In this document: positions 59,946 through 64,000 of the stretch, one piece after another
How the letters are laid out: each line of letters opens with the position of its first letter
Position numbering within the stretch: position 1 is the stretch's first letter
NCBI RefSeq assembly: GCF_006345805.1
Contig: NC_043001.1
Span: 40,486,001-40,550,000 of the forward strand
Direction: 5' to 3'
Origin: Octopus sinensis
Lineage: Eukaryota
DNA length: 64,000 nt
Translations under genes and position numbers: made by a program
The notes under the pieces: model-generated
The model's input: the letters and a program-made list of their open reading frames with translations, nothing else
What the model was told of the DNA's origin: nothing
The model's database searches: none

Positions 59946-60014
59946 CTTAGAATTAAAAATATGAAATGTTAAAAAGTGTCAATAATATATCTACATTATA
60001 TTTTTGTTTCAAAG

Positions 60015-60412
60015 TTACTCTTTTACTTGTTTCAGTCATTTGACTGTGGCCATGCTGGAGCACCGCCTTTAGTCGAGCAAATTGACCCCATGACTTATTC
60101 TTTGCAAGCCTAGTACTTATTCTGTCAGTCTCTTATGCTGAACCACTAAGTTACAGGGACATAGACACACCAGCATCGGTTGTCAAGCGATGTTGGTGAG
60201 ACAAACACAGACACACAAACATATATACACACACACACATACATACATATATGACGGGCTTCTTTCAGTTTCCGTCTAACAAATCCACTCACAAGGCTTT
60301 GATTGGCCTGAGGCTATAGTAGAAAACACTTGCGCAAGGTGCCACGCAGTGGGACAACCCGGAACCATGTGGTTTGTAAGCAAGCTATTTACCACACAGC
60401 CACTCCTACGCT
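60015..60412 (-). mobile_element. tRNA-headed SINE (family A), full length
   Basis: Homologous to 24468-24871 with different diagnostic bases. Confidence 0.9.
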
Positions 60413-60599
60413 TATAGTTGTTAAATATAATAAAATAGAATTAAAATGTTAATCATTAGAAACAAAATTTTCAGCAAAATGCATTACTGTATATTGAAAC
60501 AAGAAACAAGGAAAGATTTACATTGAAAATATCCAATAGCTATAAATGGTGGTGCTCCAGCATGGCCACAGCTTGTGAGCTGAAACTAGATAAAATGAA

Positions 60600-62020
60600 A
60601 GAATGAGGACAGAAACAGGTATGCTGCCGCAAAGGAGAAACATGGTTACCCTACCTGAGGGAAGTGCAAGAGAAGGGGGGAGAGAGTGGGGGGCATATTC
60701 ACAAGGGACAGGCGTCAAAATATGGGATGGTCGAGTAAAGGCAGAGATATATAGACGGTGGCAAGTGCCAGGACATAACCCTTGAGTTTCAAGGGTCATA
60801 ATATAAGTGGTAGGATATTGCCAAAGAAGCATGATTAGAGAGTGGGGAGGGGAAGTGAGTAGTGAAAACAGGTATATAGAGAGAGGAGGGGGCTACCAGA
60901 TTGCAATGATACAGAGAAACAGGGCTGTAAGGACAGGATTGGGGAGTGAGAGGTAGGCATAGTGAATGAAGGAGGAAATGTGTGGAAGAGAAGAGATGTA
61001 GTTTGGTTTGTTGGGACAGTGTATGTGAAAAGTTTTCTTGTTATGGTTGGGCGGAACGCACAGGTTGGGTGCTAGTGGATAGCAATGGTACAGTGATACA
61101 GGGCCAAGAGGACAGGATTGGGGAGTGGGAGGTAAGCATAGTACATGAAGTGGAAATGTGAGGGAGAGATGTTTGGTTTGTAGTGGTAGGATGTGTGAGA
61201 AGTTTTGCTGTGTGTGGGTGGGACATAGAACTAGAACTCAGTTTTGTCAACGTGGGCAGGTCTTCTCAAGAACCTCATTTCACCAGACATCTTGATATGT
61301 TGCCATTTCCTCTGTGAGGGCCAACTTCCTGAGATTGGTCCTTACTACTTTATCCCATTTCTTCCTGGGTCTCCTTCTGCTGCTGGTACACAATCACTTA
61401 ATGGCACTTCTTTATGCAGCTGTCCTCATTTATATGCATTACATGTTCAAACCAATGTAGTCTTCTCTCTTGCATGCTACATTTGATTCCCCAACTTTTC
61501 TCGCAATACATTTGCATTTTGTTGTGCATGCACACAGATGTTGCACATTTGACAGAGCATGCTGCCTTCATTTCTCTCCAGCTACGCATGTCTTCTGCAT
61601 TCAGAGCCCATGTCTCACTACCTTGGAGTATGGCTGTTTGCACACAAGCATCATGCAGTCTACCTTTCACTCTGAGATAGAGTCCTTTTGTTGCCAAGAG
61701 AGGTAATAGTTCTTGAAAACTTCCTCCACCCTATTCTTATTCTAGAAACAATACTTTTAGAGCAACCTCCACCATTGCTAACTTGGTCACCTAAGTAACA
61801 GAAAGAATCTACAACCTCAAGAGAGCCTCCTGGATGTTTGAGAGAATCTAAGTCACGTGTGCTCTTAGTGCTTATTGTTCCTGCACATCTGCCGCATACA
61901 AAGACGACTTTATCTGTTAGCCTACCAGTGATTCCACTGCATCGCTTATGTGTCCATAGTTTACACTGGGTGCAGTGAATGGAATTTCTTCCAGCTCCTT
62001 TCCTACATATTGAGCAGGGC
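60600..62020 (-). mobile_element. RTE-type LINE 3' fragment with pyrimidine-rich tail
   Basis: ORFs 61660-62067 and 61398-61697: GKWPCSICRKGAGRNSIHCTQCKLWTHKRC...VCGRC; GSETWAL. Confidence 0.9.
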
Positions 62021-62874
62021 CATTTACCTGACAGAAAGAATTTTATCTTCTTTTTTACTAACAACAACTTTTGATTTTTGCTTGGTTAACTTAAAGCCCT
62101 TTGATTCCAGATTTTGTTTTCATACCTGGAATTTCTTTTATCAATAAATGCAAGATGGCCATAGATAAAATTGCTGATTTAAAACTATATTTGATGAGTG
62201 ACCTCTATGCTTCTGGTCTCTACAAGCGAAACTTATTTCTGCTTTAACAATAACAAGATCAATAATTATTACATTGTTGCCTTCTTGTGATGGTAGATGT
62301 CATTCAATGATATCTACTGACTTACTGAGTACAGTTCATTCCTGTATGTGATGACACTCACTATAATTGCTTTCTTACACTGATACATGACCACCCTTTC
62401 ATAGGGAGTGGAGGAGTCTCTAATTGATTCGCTTATTTTATCCATCTTGAGAAGAATAAAAGGCAAAGTCAATCAGAATGGGACTTTCACTTAATACAGC
62501 TAAATACTGCAAGGTATTTAGTCTGTTGCTGATTCTCCACTGATCTATTACATAACTTTATTTGCTTGGGTGTCCTATGGGACGACCTAGATGAGATGAG
62601 AGATTATTTGCTAGCATTACAGAGCACAAATGTTTCTTGAGTAAGAACTAGATTCTTTTATTCTTTTACTTGTTTCAATCATTTGTGGCCATGCTGGAGC
62701 ATTGCCTTTAAAGGGTTTTCAGTCAAATAAATTGACCTCAGGATTTATTCTTTGTAAGCCTTAGTACTTGTTCTATCGGTCACTTTTGCTGAACTGCTGA
62801 GTTATGGGGACAAATACACCAGCATCGATGTCAAGCATTGGCAGGGGGACAAATAGAGACATGCACATGGACCT

Positions 62875-63945
62875 CTCAGAGGCAATGACATTTGAACGTT
62901 GGGCCTTATGGAGGCATTGACTTGTGACTGAGACCTTTGGTGATATGCCATGCTTGAGAAGACCTATCAAGCCAAGTGAAATCATAGTTGTGGCTGTTGT
63001 TGGTGTTATATAACTGGTACCTGTGCTAGTGGTATGTTAAAAATAGTTTTTGAGTGTGGGTCTCCGAGTCAATGTGGCCAATGCTGGTGTCACGTAACTA
63101 GCACTGGTGCCGCAGGCATGTGAAAAGCACCTTTTGAGCACTGGGCCTTATGGTGGCAATGACAAATGACTGAAACCATTGGCAATATGCTACAGTAAAT
63201 ATATCTGAAAGAATATTCATACCAAGAGAAAGATAAACACAACAAGTGATTCAATTAATCTCAACCACGAGAGGCAACGTCTTGGTATGGAACTCTTACA
63301 CTCCGTGTACCTCATAAACGGTAAATCAATTATCTGTCTTGAGTTCTAGTTCTTCTAAGAACTACCTTAAGCCATCTGCTACTACCTGTTGCTATGCTGA
63401 TACCAACAACATGAACTATGAACCAAATTCCATTGTTAATTCTATAGTCAGTACCTTTTATGCCTCACGAACACACAGACACAAAAAGATGCTAACACTT
63501 ACGAACTCTTAAAATTTACACGATTGTAAAATATGTAAAATAAATAATGTATATGTCTCAAAAAGAAACCTTGTTGTCATTCCACTTGTGTTCTATTGCC
63601 GCTGTATGTATTATCTGGTCAGTAATAATTCATTAAGAGTGGGATCGCGTGCGATTGTATTCCCTATACGATACGACCGCATGTGCTCCTATTCTTATAA
63701 AAAGATGACCCATCAAGCCAAGTGAAATCAGTTGTGACAGATAATGGAGTCATGCAACTGACACCTGTGCTGGAGGCACATAAAAGCACCCATAACACTC
63801 TCAAAGTTTTGGTGTTAGGAAGGGTGTTCAACTGTAGAAACCAGGCCAAATCAGACTGAAGTCTGATACAATCCCTCAGCTTACCAGCCTTGGTCAAATT
63901 GTTCAACCATGCCAGCATGGACAATGGACACTAAATGATGATGAC
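62875..63945 (+). mobile_element. RTE 3'-end fragments, the last split by an unclassified ~490-bp insert
   Basis: Two GACC..TTGGC..ATATG...AAGACC segments and a terminal ...ATGGACACTAAATGATGATG. Confidence 0.65.
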
Positions 63946-64000
63946 AACGACAGGCTTTTTTCAGTTTCCATCTACTAAATTCACTCACAAGGCTTTGGTT

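Noticed and set aside
60920-61200. Diverged ~110-bp tandem duplication in a GA-rich tract
   Set aside because: Part of the low-complexity LINE 3' tail; not an independent feature.

Overview
AT-rich, repeat-dense eukaryotic genomic DNA. The SINE/LINE and microsatellite landscape looks cephalopod (octopus-like); that assignment is inference. The window is dominated by one complete + strand gene, SMC4 (condensin subunit). I reconstructed 26 coding exons from 12135 to 55029, totalling 3846 nt (1281 aa plus stop), with all splice phases consistent, a probable 5'UTR exon near 9.8 kb, and one GC-AG intron. The last two exons of a convergent medium-chain acyl-CoA synthetase (ACSM-like) gene lie on the - strand at 58673-59945. 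Introns and flanks contain tRNA-headed SINEs, RTE-type LINE 3' fragments, piggyBac relics and TTAA-flanked MITEs, and mariner, pogo and hAT relics. The most unusual observations are: a tRNA-promoter-headed element carrying a degenerate minimal hammerhead-ribozyme motif; a decayed tandem duplicate of part of SMC4 exon 4; the GC donor with a piggyBac insertion 26 nt downstream; and an (AAT)n-embedded element in tandem. Most ORFs in the supplied track are microsatellite or TE noise. No database search was possible, and TE boundaries are approximate unless TIRs/TSDs are quoted.
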